Of a DNA stretch of 64,000 nt, positions 44,981-58,136 are shown piece by piece. The position numbers and the translations under genes are program-made. The DNA lies in contig CM097882.1 of NCBI GenBank assembly GCA_044892505.1, positions 183,520,001-183,584,000 of the forward strand, written 5' to 3'. Each line of letters opens with the position of its first letter. Position 1 is the first letter of the stretch. The stretch is from Schmidtea nova. Taxonomy: Eukaryota. The notes beneath the pieces were generated by a model. That model did no database searches. It saw nothing but the letters and a program-made list of their open reading frames with translations, and had not been told where the DNA came from.

Positions 44981-47774
44981 TGTTGGATCCACCATTTGGT
45001 CCACATTTAGCATAAATAATAAGAATAATAAGAAATAAATAAGAATAAATTAAAATTAATATAATTACCAGAAATTTCAGAAAAAAGATGAATTAAAAGT
45101 TATAAATTTATATAAATTTAACAGCAAGAATTAAGAGAAATAGAATTGAAATTATTAAAAGTATTAAGAAAATGATACATAATTATATTTAAATAAAAAA
45201 GAAAGTAAAGCAAATAAGTAGAATTACAAAAAATAATAAAAATCAAAACAGCAAATTGCTAGCAATTGACAACAAAATCAATTGATTTTAGCGTTAATAA
45301 AATTTATTATTTGTGCTGATCTGATGATCAGCTTCAAGCTGATTGGTTCAGCATTTGATCTGGTCAGTATAAATACTGATCCAGATTCAGTTAAAATTCA
45401 ATGAACAGTAGATGAAATTTTTTTCAACATTTTGTTGTATGCAAATTTTGTGAAGACAATATTTTTGAAAAACTAAAAGGTATGAGTATTTTGTTTTTTA
45501 TTATATTATGAATTCTGACATTGCCATTATAGTTATTTAAATGAAAATAATAAAACTTTCTGAATATGTTACATTCTTTTGAATTTAGAATTAAATTAAG
45601 CTTCTTCCACTGTGCAATCAGTGGAAGGAGACGACTTTATCTATTTATTTATCTATCTTTTATTGAGCTTCTTCCATCGTGTAATCGGTGGAAGGAGACA
45701 ACCTTAGTGTATTATGCTAACCATTACTTACAAGTATATATTTTTTAGAAGTGAATTTTTGGGTCGAGCTTCTTCCTCTGTGCAATCAGTGGAAGGAGGC
45801 GAATATATATTATTTATATACCGTAGTTATAGTAGAAAATTACGTATGATTTAAGGGGCTCCGATCACCGTGCAATCGGTGAAATGGAGGCATACTGTGC
45901 CGAGTAGAATGACTGCTCCGTACAGTTGGGCCGTCCGACCGGTGTAAAGCGCCGTGAAGAGGGTAGGAATTTTTATTTAACCATGATTTCTAACCTTATT
46001 TTTCACTGGATAGTATAACCAGTTGAAGTTTATTTTATAACCGATTTGATTTTATGAGTTTATAGTTGAGTAAAGTTTGATTTTAGTTTGAGACAGATAT
46101 AGCTGCGATCTTATTAACCTGATTTTACCTTGAGATTCACAGAGCGTTAACCTATATTTTTCGATTGTCACATCTGGGGTTTGTGGGCATAAAGCGGCAG
46201 ATACACGGTTAAGAATTTGTACAAAACATATTTTTAACAACATTATCAAAAATCGATAACTTTAATAGCGTAGTGATCTACTACGCAAGTAACATAGCAG
46301 CAATAGGCTATAGGATCAAACATTCCACATAAATAATTAAACATAATTGCTTATCCTGAACCCTGTATATAGGGCAGTAGATCTGAGTTTTATTTAAATA
46401 ATTTTCTTATCCTGACTGCTGTATATAGCACAGGCGTAAATAAATAAATGAAGGTATCTGATCGCTGTACATAGCGACAGTGTTGAAAATAGGTAAATCA
46501 TTTTCTCTTCCTGAATTAACAATTAACAGTCGTCGAAAGAATGAGAATTGTTCAAATCCACACAACCAATTTATGTTAATAAACCATCTTGAATTTTAGA
46601 GAATGTCAGTCAACTCAACCACTAATCAAGCCGAATTGGATAAAGCATGGAGGATAATTCGCAGCCTCGAAAAGGAAATGCTGCGAAAATCAGAAAAGCT
46701 AAAGGAAGCCGATGGAATAATTTCAAACCTGAAGAAAAGCTGGTTCAGTCCAGAACAAATGAAAATACAAATTATAAAAAATCAACGCTCGCAGCGAGCC
46801 AACAGCGAAATACAAATGGAATTAGATGCTACAAAGATGGAGCTGAAAAAATGTTTAAAATCCGTGACAGCTACCTATCTAAATCAAGAGCTCAGACAGC
46901 TCATTCGACCACTCACCTACCAGCATTGGGCTGAAGAAAAATCGGAATGTTCGAAAGGGACGAACACAGAGGAACCCTCTCAGGTTCAAGTAACAACAGC
47001 AGCAATTACACCAAAAAGTGTTACGATTTCAGAAGGCAAAAAGAAGAAGAAGAGCAAGATGGGAGCGCGCCAGCGTCGCTGGAAGAAACAAGTTCTTCAG
47101 CAATTGGCACAACAGTCAACAGAAATTCCGGAAATTGATTTAACTATGAACTTTGCAAATTCCGATGAAGACATTACCAAATATTTCGAATAGAAAATTT
47201 TGTGATTTGTAAATTTGCTTATTAAATAATTTTTATTTTGTATTTAGTTTATTGTAACGTATATGAGATAAAGTAATTTATTAAAAATTTCAAATGAATT
47301 AAACTATACATTAGAATTAACAATAGAATTAACATAAATCTAATAAACAATAGAAACATTAAAGAGATAAAATATCGTAATTGATTAAGGATTATTTGTT
47401 GATATTGTAAAGAAGGGGGCTGAAAGAAAAGTTGAGAGTTGAAATATATTGTAAAGAAAGGGGGCTAAAGAAACATTGAGATGAAAGATAATGGATGCGG
47501 ATAGATTAAAGTTAAAGCGTAAGTCCTTCTATCGGCAGCGAGACGAACCCGTGAACATAAATGGGGAGTAGTTTTAGCAATAGAGCTCACCTGCCCATCA
47601 TTGTTCAAACACCTTGCACATTTCCAACTCGATTATTACAGGGAAATGATCGAGGGTGCTCGTGTGATATGTAAGCATTTTATGTGAGGTTTTGGATGGA
47701 GGAATCCCTAGAGCGTTTAAAAATAATTGTTAATTCATTTTCTATTTTTGTTTTAACCCAATCCAGAACCGACA
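44981..47774 (+). repeat. 3' LTR (2794 bp)
   Basis: Direct repeat of 9673-12466, followed by TSD CATA. Confidence 0.97.
46603..47193 (+). CDS. Second copy of the LTR-encoded 196-aa protein
   Basis: Translation identical to 11295-11885. Confidence 0.7.
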   Translation: MSVNSTTNQAELDKAWRIIRSLEKEMLRKSEKLKEADGIISNLKKSWFSPEQMKIQIIKNQRSQRANSEIQMELDATKMELKKCLKSVTATYLNQELRQLIRPLTYQHWAEEKSECSKGTNTEEPSQVQVTTAAITPKSVTISEGKKKKKSKMGARQRRWKKQVLQQLAQQSTEIPEIDLTMNFANSDEDITKYFE

Positions 47775-48362
47775 CATATATATATATATAACATTTAAAA
47801 AGAGTACAACAAAATATGTGGGGGGGGGTGAAAATTCAAAAACTACTTGAAAATAAGTCGCTTCTTTTTTTAATTAAAAAATAAAAGATTAAATTACAAA
47901 AAACAGTTATTTATTTTAATTATCTACATAAATTTTTCAATAGTTTTAAATTAGTAGTAAATAATACAACGTAAATTAGAATGAAAGACTTTAATTGAAA
48001 ATATAAGTAGAAGTTTCACCTTAATATGGGTAATATTGAATAAACATATTTAATTTCTAAAAATGTTTTATTGTTAATCTTTTTTTCGGTTTTCGACTGT
48101 TTTCGTTTAATTAATTTCAAATCAGTTTAATATCGAAATTACAATAACTATTTGACAATTAACTCAAAGCAATAAATATTTTTTTTAAAAAGTGGTTTTC
48201 TCGCTTAACTTTAGGGTTTCGGTCAACGCCGTTTGGTGTTGCAAATGCTGTTTTTCAAATATTATATAAAAAAGAGTACTTTGGGAAAAATTCAAAAAGA
48301 AAGAACAAAAGAGGCGGAGGTTTAAAAGAGTACTGTACTCTTTACAAGAGTACGGTTGGTAT

Positions 48363-48366
<4 letters not shown>

Positions 48367-48446
<80 letters not shown>
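48367..48446. repeat. Compound (TA)n(TG)n microsatellite
   Basis: Read directly from the sequence. Confidence 0.95.
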
Positions 48447-48519
48447 ACATAAAATAACTAAAATGGTTACTTTAAATACATAATTTCAAATTTATTTTAT
48501 TAGATTTTAAAGGGTCTTA

Positions 48520-48704
48520 ATAATATATTATCATAATTATCATTTTTCTCCTTTGATCTTTTTTTATTATTATTATCAATAATTATAATAATGACTATAG
48601 ATCAAAATTTATTTAAACAGTTTCTTTAAATTTTCTTTAAACACACACTTGATAAAGGCTGTGCCGAAATATTGTGTACTTGTTTAAAGAAATTTTGATC
48701 TATA
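48520..48704. repeat. Partial copy of the fold-back MITE-like family seen at 58638-58811
   Basis: Shares ATGACTATAGATCAAA and TAAAGGCTGTGCCGAAATATTGTG; runs into an N gap. Confidence 0.65.
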
Positions 48705-50026
48705 NNNNNNNNNNNNNNNNNNNNNNNNNNNNNNNNNNNNNNNNNNNNNNNNNNNNNNNNNNNNNNNNNNNNNNNNNNNNNNNNNNNNNNNNNNNNNNNN
48801 NNNNNNNNNNNNNNNNNNNNNNNNNNNNNNNNNNNGTTCCTAAAGGTCAGAGAAATTAAAATCAGAATCCTCATTTTTCAAGGGTTAACACTTTTTTGCA
48901 TTCTATAAAGAATTTAGCCATAAAAACCATAAAAAAATTATTAAAACATAACTTAAAATTTTATACAATATATTTTAGTAGAGTTTAGAGAATTTTAAAG
49001 CCAATTAACCAGATTAAATTTCATGTTTATGAGGGATCCCAGTTTATATCAAATCTGACAGTGATAGGAAAATTAAAACCAAATTGTAATTATTTTAAAA
49101 ATTTATTTTCATTAAATAATTTAACAATATTGAAAAAACTGGGAAAACTTATTCAAATTTATAGATTTCGACTTGTGAGATTTATTATTTTAGAGTTGAA
49201 CATCCCACCGATTGGCGGATTTTTCAAACTGAAACAATTTGAATCTTTATAAGAGGGAAGGAGCGGTATAAATGAAATAGTTTCTAAATGAAATAATAAT
49301 GATTTCTTGTAATAAATTCTTTAAATATTTAACTGAATGTGTGTCATCAAACATTTCTCGCAAAAATAAGAGTTCCAGGTTTGTAAAGTGCGCAGATATT
49401 AACTTGAGCAAGGATTGATAACCTCGGATAAGCGTACCAGTGCCGGTACGCGACCATCCAGCTACCGATACACGAAAAACTTTTTAATTTAATACAGAAA
49501 TCGGACCAACCTGTTTTTTTGACCCATTGGGTAAAAAACGGGGTTGGANNNNNNNNNNNNNNNNNNNNNNNNNNNNNNNNNNNNNNNNNNNNNNNNNNNN
49601 NNNNNNNNNNNNNNNNNNNNNNNNNNNNNNNNNNNNNNNNNNNNNNNNNNNNNNNNNNNNNNNNNNNNNNNNNNNNNNNNNNNNNNNNNNNNNNNNNNNN
49701 NNNNNNNNNNNNNNNNNNNNNNNNNNNNNNNNNNNNNNNNNNNNNNNNNNNNNNNNNNNNNNNNNNNNNNNNNNNNNNNNNNNNNNNNNNNNNNNNNNNN
49801 NNNNNNNNNNNNNNNNNNNNNNNNNNNNNNNNNNNNNNNNNNNNNNNNNNNNNNNNNNNNNNNNNNNNNNNNNNNNNNNNNNNNNNNNNNNNNNNTTCAT
49901 TTCAAATGTTATCCATTTCATTTTTATTCCCACATTTTAAAATCTTTGGTCTACCGGTACGTCACCGAATTATTTACAACGTACAGGTACGGTACGATAA
50001 AAAGATTGGAAATCCATGAACTAGAG

Positions 50027-52605
50027 CAGCGGTTCTTAAACTTATTGAACATCGGGACCCCTTTGAGACAAAAAATATCTTGGCGGACCCCAAAGTTCAT
50101 TCATCAATAAACCAATTAAGACAGTGTTTATAAGAAAAATTAAAATTTATTTACTGTATTTTTATAATTCACTGAGATACAACACAATATATAAATAACA
50201 AATAAAAAAAGTAATAAAATATTTGGATATAACATATAAAATTATGTATATTTAATTTTTACCATGTGAAGGATGGTGTTGCTTTTGTGACACTAGAATT
50301 GCAATATTAGGATCTATATTTGATATGTTTATCCTTAATTCTGGTTCAACATCCAACCGATTTCGATATTTATTCTTCATGTATAATAGCATCGAGAAAG
50401 CTCTTTCACATAAATACGTTGTACAAAATGGAAGTAAATATTTAATTGCTTTTTCAGCTAATGTTGGATATACATTTTTAACTTTCAACCAAAACTCTTC
50501 AACAGTATGTTCATTAAAAACCAACCTGTAGGAGCTGTTGCATGATAATTCTGCAAGTTTATCTTGCTCTGAAATTGTCAAATTTTGTACTTCGATATTT
50601 TTGCAACAAAATGGATCTCGAACCCATTCATGGTCTGATGTGGTAGAAGGAAAATAATTTCTAAAAGATTCTTTTAACATTTTTATATGTTCAATTAAAA
50701 TCTGAATTTCTTCGACAGACAGTTTGTTATCAGAACTTTCTACAAATTCATGAAGTGTTGGAAAGGATTCAATAATTCCTTTTGTTAATCTGCTTATCCA
50801 CAAATCCATTTTCTTCATTATTGCTTTTATTTTATCTTCTACTTTAAAAATATTTATTGAAGTACCTTGTAAACTTAAATTTAATTCATTTAGGTAAGAA
50901 TGAATATCAGCCAAATAACCCACCTTAGCTAGCCAGGAAAAGTCAAAAAAACGATCTTTTAAATAGAAATTATCATTCTCCATCAAAAATAATCGTACTT
51001 CATCTCGCAGTTCAAAAATTCTATTTAATACCTTTCCACGAGACAACCAACGTACTTCTGCATGAAGAAGAAGATGTTTATGCTGACTCCCCATTTCTTC
51101 GCATAAAACTTGAAAAAGACGAGAATTTAATGGACGCGCTTTAATAAAATTTACCACAGATACAATTTCATTTAAAGTAGTTTTTAAAATATATGGCATT
51201 TTCTTTGCGGCAAGTGCTTCGCGATGTATGCAACAATGTGTCCAAACTACATTGGGCGCTACAGTTTTAACAAAATTCTTAAGACCCTTAATTGTTCCAC
51301 TCATAGGTCGAGCACCGTCCGTGCTCATTCCAATACATTTTGACCACTCCATTTTATTGTTTGTTATAAAGTTGTTCAAGCAACGAAATATTTCAGCACC
51401 AGTTGTCCGTGTTGGAAGCAACTTGCAAAACAAAAAATCTTCATAAATCTTACCGCTAAATTCATATCGAATGAATGAGAGCAAATTTGGGTTGCTCGCA
51501 ATATCTGTAGTTTCATCCAGTTGCAATGAGTAAAATTGACTCTTCAAAACACGTTCAATCAATTGGTCCTTAATATTTTGAGACATCTCACTGATTCTAT
51601 TTTTAACTGTGTCGTTTGAGAGCGAGATTAAGTTAAGGTCTTGGGCAGCTTTGCTTCCTATCATTGTTGAGACTATTGCTTTAGCAGCTGGAAGAATTAA
51701 AGTTTTAGCGATAGTGTGGGGTTTTCCAGATTTGGCTACTAGGAGAGACACTTGAAATGATGCATGTACCGCTTGTTCATTATTACTTCCTGTGACGGTT
51801 TTTTTAATCAATTTTTGGCTTGCTTGTAGTTCATGTAATTTCATTTTAAAATATTCAACCGGTTTGTTTACATAATCCTTATGTTTCGATTCTAAATGTC
51901 GGCGAAGTTTTGCTGGTTTCATCGATTCGTTTGACAAATGGCAGTGACAAATAACACAAAGAGGTTGCTCCACATTTTCAATTAATGTAAATGTAAATCC
52001 CAATGATAAGTATTCGGCAGAATATTTTCGTGTTTTGCACATCAGTGTCTTCTTCGCCTTGGAACATGATGGGATATCATGTTCATCAGAATCAGAATCG
52101 TCTCGTTGGTCGTTTTTGCGTTTTGGTAACTTACCGCATTTTAACCATTGATCCATAATTACTAGGAAAACATAAAATTATAATTATAGTACCGAATAAC
52201 TAATAAAAGTGATTATATTTATAAATTTCTTACCCTTTATTTAAAACAATTACTTGTCGTCACTTTTATTATAGTTGGTAAACTGATTTCACTGGAAAAT
52301 TAACTTAAAGAAAAATCAATTTAAAGAATAACTAGTTTTTAACGCAGATGGCTGTTCTTTTTAAAGAATTTATTTCCGTGGTTACTATTACTATTTTTTT
52401 TCAAATTTAAATGGAAAATCAACGATTTTATTTCGATTTGATTTATGCCAATTTGCAAATCTATTAGAATTTAGAAAAAATAAAACCAAAAACTTGAAAA
52501 AATTTCCGTATTTTTAAATATAAATGTGAGTCATATGCTCGCGGACCCTCTGCCAGCAGCCGGCGGACCCCCAGGGGTCCGCGGACCACAGTTTAAGAAC
52601 CGCTG
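50027..52605 (-). mobile_element. Complete Buster/Charlie-type hAT transposon (2579 bp)
   Basis: Perfect 15-bp TIRs CAGCGGTTCTTAAAC; perfect 8-bp TSD AACTAGAG (50019-50026, 52606-52613) with central TA; subterminal GCGGACC repeats. Confidence 0.97.
50252..52156 (-). CDS. Intact 634-aa hAT (Buster) transposase
   Basis: BED-like CVIC...LRRHLESKH; LQLDE, STDGA, CCIHREAL, EVRWLSRG, YLCERAFS. Confidence 0.95.
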   Translation of the reverse strand: MDQWLKCGKLPKRKNDQRDDSDSDEHDIPSCSKAKKTLMCKTRKYSAEYLSLGFTFTLIENVEQPLCVICHCHLSNESMKPAKLRRHLESKHKDYVNKPVEYFKMKLHELQASQKLIKKTVTGSNNEQAVHASFQVSLLVAKSGKPHTIAKTLILPAAKAIVSTMIGSKAAQDLNLISLSNDTVKNRISEMSQNIKDQLIERVLKSQFYSLQLDETTDIASNPNLLSFIRYEFSGKIYEDFLFCKLLPTRTTGAEIFRCLNNFITNNKMEWSKCIGMSTDGARPMSGTIKGLKNFVKTVAPNVVWTHCCIHREALAAKKMPYILKTTLNEIVSVVNFIKARPLNSRLFQVLCEEMGSQHKHLLLHAEVRWLSRGKVLNRIFELRDEVRLFLMENDNFYLKDRFFDFSWLAKVGYLADIHSYLNELNLSLQGTSINIFKVEDKIKAIMKKMDLWISRLTKGIIESFPTLHEFVESSDNKLSVEEIQILIEHIKMLKESFRNYFPSTTSDHEWVRDPFCCKNIEVQNLTISEQDKLAELSCNSSYRLVFNEHTVEEFWLKVKNVYPTLAEKAIKYLLPFCTTYLCERAFSMLLYMKNKYRNRLDVEPELRINISNIDPNIAILVSQKQHHPSHGKN

Positions 52606-54057
52606 AACTAGAGAATTGAAAATGACATAATTGAAAATATCGATTTTAAAAATTTTATTATGTATTTTTTTACAAATTAGCTCTATATGTTTAATAGTTC
52701 ATATATCGAAGGAAAAATCTTGGAGTATCGTTTTGGTATTTTAAATTGTCTGATTTTATTTTTATTGAAAATAATGGTTTTTAAAAAGAGATTTTTAAGT
52801 ACTAAATAATTTTTATATAATAATCATTGTTTTAAATATATAAGCATCCAAATTTGCAGAGCCGTCCCAACATATTTGGTATCTATGTGCTAATTCTTTT
52901 GTGGCAATTTTTAAAATAATATATATTGCATTTTGCATACATGTACAAAAATTACATCTTGAAAAAATTATTAAATTTAGTAAAATCCATACAAAATAAA
53001 ATAGAGCTTTTTTAAAAATTATTTGGCGCCCTTGTGCCATAGCAAAGTTAAGAAAGCTTTATAATTATACATTACATATAAGCAGTGGTTTACTTAGTAC
53101 TTTTGAGAGGTCCTAGGTGCAATTCAATTATGAGGCCTCTTCTAAATATTTTCATTATCCCTACACCCTAGAGTGTGCATTCTACGCGCACGTTGTTTAA
53201 TCTGGTAGGCACTATACCAAAGGTTGAAAATAAGTGAGATATAGGGAAATAACATTATTGAATATTATTATTAATTTTTGTTAAAATTAAAATTATATTA
53301 AAATATTTACATGTTTTTTATACCTACTTTATGAAACACAAATCAGTATTAAAAATCTAAAAATAAATTATTTTTATATTTATGGGTTACTGGATTTTTT
53401 TTGTCTTTAACTCTTACCAAATGTAATTTAAATGGCTACCTCTAAATAAAGTCAAACAGCTGTAATTTTATATGGTTTCATTTTCAATATTTTTTGGTCC
53501 ACTTGTATACGGTTTATTTTAAAATATGATTTTTTAATAAAAAATCACTAACCAATATAGTTATCACTATTTTTTAAACATTAAAATATATTAGAATATT
53601 ATAATATCTGTAAAATAATATTTCTTAATATTAATACTAAACTAAATCGGAACTTTTCTCGCTTTAGCTTTGGCAAATTTATCAATTTTGACTTCCATAA
53701 TCTAATAAAATAACGGTATCGTTTACTATAAACACCATAGATAAGTGAGTTAAATGGAATTGAGATAAAGAATTCTTTAAATAATTTTTAACTCTTTTAA
53801 GAAGTGAAAAAGAGCCTTCAACACTTACTTTTCAAAATTGTCTCTAAATTAGAAAACGTATATTGTAAACCTCCAGTGAATAATTTATACATGTTTTGGA
53901 ATTTTATTTTTAGTCTATTAAAACGACTTATTTAAATTATTCAAAATTACCCAACACAAAAAATTTTATTTAATCTAACAATTATTTAAACTAGTCAGTA
54001 TCACATCTTTATCTGCACTTTCACTGTGATTGCGTGAATATCCCAATAGGAAATTAA

Positions 54058-54995
54058 CCTTTTCAGGACGGGCGTACTATAGTAACTCAAATATCTTGAG
54101 AATGGATTAAAAATTTTTTTTTTATTTAGGAATCGTTTGAAAGATAATTAAAAGATGCACATTTTGATATATAGCATGACCTACTTTGAAAAAATTAAAA
54201 AATTTTGATATTTTTTCCTATTGTAAAATCACATCCTGTTCAAAAAATCAATAAATTGAGAAGTTTTTATAAAAAACATTTTATTTTGAATTTTATATCT
54301 GAAATGGATAATTCTAACTATACTATTTCTGAAATTTTTTGTGATGAAGATTCTGGTTCTGAAACGGAAATCGAAGATAATTCTATTTCAGATAGTGAAA
54401 ATGAATCATAAATTGATCATAAAATTGATTATAAAACCAACAGGGAAATAGTAAACCTAAATGCATAGTTGATTATAATGAATATATAGGAGCGGTTGAT
54501 CAACTGGATATGCAAATGAGTTTCTCTGATGATTTACGCAAAACTATAAAATGGGATAAGAAGTTGGCACTTCATTTGATTGATATTGCTATTTTTAATG
54601 CATACACAATTTACAAAATGAGAAATCCAGTAAATTTATCAATTTCTAAATATAAAATTGATGTTATTGAACAAATTTTCATCAAAGACGGTTCAATGCG
54701 TAAAACAATTGTTGGTAGACCAAGAATATCTAATCCTCTTCGTTTATCTTCAAGACACTTTCCTTCTTACATTGAAAAGAACAATCAAAACACTACCGGC
54801 AAAAGAAAATGCATACTTTGTACAACATGATAAAAAAACTTGCAAATAAGCGATCAAGATTTGAATGTAATGATTGTGATGTTGGGTTGTGTGTTGTTGA
54901 TTGTTTTGAAATTTATCATAAGAAAATAAACTTTTGAATAAAAAACACTTTTATTTTTTTAAAACTTTCTTTTAAAAATTCCCGTCCTTAAAATA
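54058..54995 (+). mobile_element. Internally deleted piggyBac relic
   Basis: TTAA|CCTTTTCAGGACGGG left end; CCCGTCCT at 54981 (right end decayed); acidic N-terminus, DYN...GAVDQLD...RKTIKWDKKLALHLIDIAIFNAY, Cys-rich tail KCILC...FECNDCDVGLC. Confidence 0.85.
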
Positions 54996-55559
54996 TTTGT
55001 GCACAGATTTTATTTAATTCGCTGATACTATCACACTATAGATTTCTTACTTCTTAATTTTGAATTTTTTGAATATCTCTTCGACCAACTGGTGAGGTTA
55101 CTAGTTTTGTTTTATTTTCGAACGTCGGTTTTAACGCCTGACTCCTCGGCGTTATATTTAAAATCGAACAAAACACTCAACACAATTACCTTTATTTGAT
55201 ATAGTACAAAACTTTGCACTTGTTAATGACACATATAATTGCACTCTCGCTGTGCTAGAGTGAACGTCCCAATGAAAAATGCTTTTTTTGTATGTAGAAT
55301 AGATTAAAGATAGTGCTACTACCACACTGATTTCGGTTCCTTAATTTTCTTTTCACTGTTAAATTTTTAAAGTCTCTTCGACCAATTGGCAACTTTTTTT
55401 ATCTGAATTTATAGTGACTCCTTTCAGTTGAGTTGATTGGGCTCTAATTTTGATTTTTAAAGGTAATTCCAAATCTTCTAATTTTATTTTCGGAGCTAGT
55501 CAAGTTGTTTTCGGGTTATTTCTCAAAAAATATCAAATCAAAAAAAATCAAAAGAAACT

Positions 55560-58136
55560 TTTGTTTATATACTAAATTTAAAGGTTTTTAATCAATCAAA
55601 CGTAGAAAATCCACACACACGTTTCTAATTATCGTAATGTAATTCAATTTTACAAAAGAAATTTTAGAAAATAGAAATTATTGAACACATAATTCATTGT
55701 TAAAAAATATACGATGATTTAATTTGAATTAATATTAAAAATCAAAAGACACTAATAAATCTAGAATAATTTTTAAATTAAATTACACCAATCACTAATA
55801 AATGATGCTATTTATTACTAATTAAAGTACTTAAAATTAAATATGAATAAAAAATGTTTTTACTTATTCGATAAATTATAAATAAAAAATTAATTAATAA
55901 AANNNNNNNNNNNNNNNNNNNNNNNNNNNNNNNNNNNNNNNNNNNNNNNNNNNNNNNNNNNNNNNNNNNNNNNNNNNNNNNNNNNNNNNNNNNNNNNNNN
56001 NNNNNNNNNNNNNNNNNNNNNNNNNNNNNNNNNNNNNNNNNNNNNNNNNNNNNNNNAATTATTAAAAAGATTTCAATTTTCAATTCTGAAGACAAACTTT
56101 ATAAAAAGAAAATCATTCATATTACTTTATAAAAATTACTACCTCCAGCCCATAATATAAGTAGCAAGTGAATATTAAATAGGGAATTATTGACGAATGC
56201 AGCTGTGAGTTATATTGTAGTGCAGATTTGTGAATCATTCAATCAAAATCAATGTTCCATCACATCTGTCATTTGTTTTGACTCATCTATCATTTGTTTT
56301 AGTTAACCTAATATTGCGAATTTTAACTCTTTTTTATATATAATCCACTGATCGAAATCAATTACTTTATTTCGGTTGAATATCAACCCATTGTAAAAGT
56401 AAGATAAAGAAAAGAAAGTTTTCGAACAAAGGTCGAACTGCGATAGTCCAGTTCTTGATGCATCACAAGAAAAACGAAAAGTTGCAGAAAGGTGCAATTA
56501 CGTTGGCTGATAAAGAATTTAAGTGCAACAGAATGATTATATAGAGAATTTACAAACTCTACATAGAACGTGCAAAGGTAAGAGATTTATATCAAAGGTT
56601 ATGTTTATAACAGCAGTAGCTCGCCTCAGATGGGATCCACACAAAAAATGTCTTTTTGATGAGAAAATTAACATATAGCCATTTGTTACGCGGACACCGA
56701 CTCAACGAAACAGTAAGAACCGAACCAAAGAAACACATATTACAAAGCTTATAGAATCTGTTACAAGTACAGAGATACGGCAAATGGTTTTTGAGAACAT
56801 ACTGCCAACAATTCGCAAAAAATGGCCAAGAGGATCAAGACATTACCCCATATATTTTCAACAGGATAACGAAAAACCTCATCTAAAATATAATGATCCA
56901 CTACTCTTAGAGGATGGATTTCGTGATGGATGGAAAATACAAATGAAATCACAACCACCAAACAGTCCCGACTTTAATGTTTTGGACCTGGGTTTTTTAA
57001 CTCAATACAGTCACTGCAGCATGAAGTCTCGAACAATAATACGGATGAATTGATAGAAGTAGTAAATACAGCATTTCATAATATTGCTTCCGAAATACTA
57101 GATAATACGTTTCTGTCAGTTACAACAAGTTATGCTCGAATCATTGAAAAATTTTGGTTCCAATAATTTTAAGCTCACACATATAGGGAAAGGAAAGCTT
57201 CGCAGCCAAGGAATCCTACCTAAATGTTTAAAATGCAGCGACGAAATTATTAAAAAATGCAGAAACTATATGAACATTCAAACTAATACTCCTAATTGAG
57301 AGTAATATTTTTAATGAATTGTTTAATTATACCTACGTTTTTGATAATAAATGTTGCATTTGATATTTATTTACCTTTGATACTGTTATTATGGGGCAAA
57401 TTAAATTCGCCAACTTCAACTATTATTATGTGACGAATGAGTATTATTTTATACTTAATTCTTCATGACATGTTGTAGAAAACAAAATTTTACATATACA
57501 TTGTTACAGTGAAAACACGATAAAAAGTATCTATCATCAAATAAAATCAATTATTTAAAACAAAACACGTGTATAACACGAAAAACGTTTACTTTTAAAT
57601 TTTGAATAAAACCATTTTGTATTAAATTAAAATTTATACATACAATATTACAATGAAAACTATAAAAAATTAATTTATATAGTTGAAAATTGCAAAGTTA
57701 ACATTAAAACATATGTGTCACATGAAAACGCCAAATTTTATAATTTTTTAATTTGAGTCAATTTATAAAAAATTAAATTTTACATTTAAAATGTGTACAT
57801 CAAAACTCAATAAAGTTATTTTGAAAAGGTGAAAATGCAAAATTAATTAAAAAACAGGTGAACACAAACAAAGCGACACATTAATTTCTAATCAAGTTAT
57901 TTTATAGGAAATTAAATTCTACTTTCATTGCTAATGGCAAAACTCATTATTTCTATTCTATATTCAAAGAAAATTAATTATTAACAACAAAACACGTTTG
58001 TGGCGCACAAAACACTACATTTTAAATTTGTATTTGGGCTATCTTGTAGAGAATAAAATTGTGTCAGTACATATTTACAGCAAAAAAAAATCTCAATTTT
58101 TGGCACAAAATAAAAAACGATACAGTAAGGATAAGT
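55560..58136. mobile_element. Old Maverick non-coding relic (PolB upstream region), split by an N gap and the DD39D element
   Basis: 55560-55900 resembles 28680-29000; 57490-57730 resembles 29070-29280; 57900-58030 resembles the reverse complement of 29510-29635. Confidence 0.7.
56139..57400 (+). mobile_element. Degraded DD39D (plant-type) mariner element
   Basis: Left end TA|CTACCTCCAGCCCATAATATAAG; KRFISKVMFITAVAR...FDEKI..*PFV; QQDN...QPPNSPDFNVLD with exactly 39 residues between the two Asp; right TIR not clearly found. Confidence 0.85.

Larger units (their letters stand above)
9673..47774 (+). mobile_element. Giant Ty3/Gypsy-like LTR retroelement (endogenous-retrovirus-like) with env, lacking RT/RNase H/integrase; 38102 bp, 24540 bp without the Maverick insert
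   Basis: LTRs TGTTGG...CCGACA at constant offset 35308; 4-bp TSD CATA at 9669-9672 and 47775-47778; PBS; gag, env and protease. Confidence 0.95.

Noticed and set aside
47790-48366. Non-autonomous DNA transposon ending ...GGTTGGTATCCT with AAGAGTAC repeats
   Set aside because: No partner TIR or TSD found in the window.
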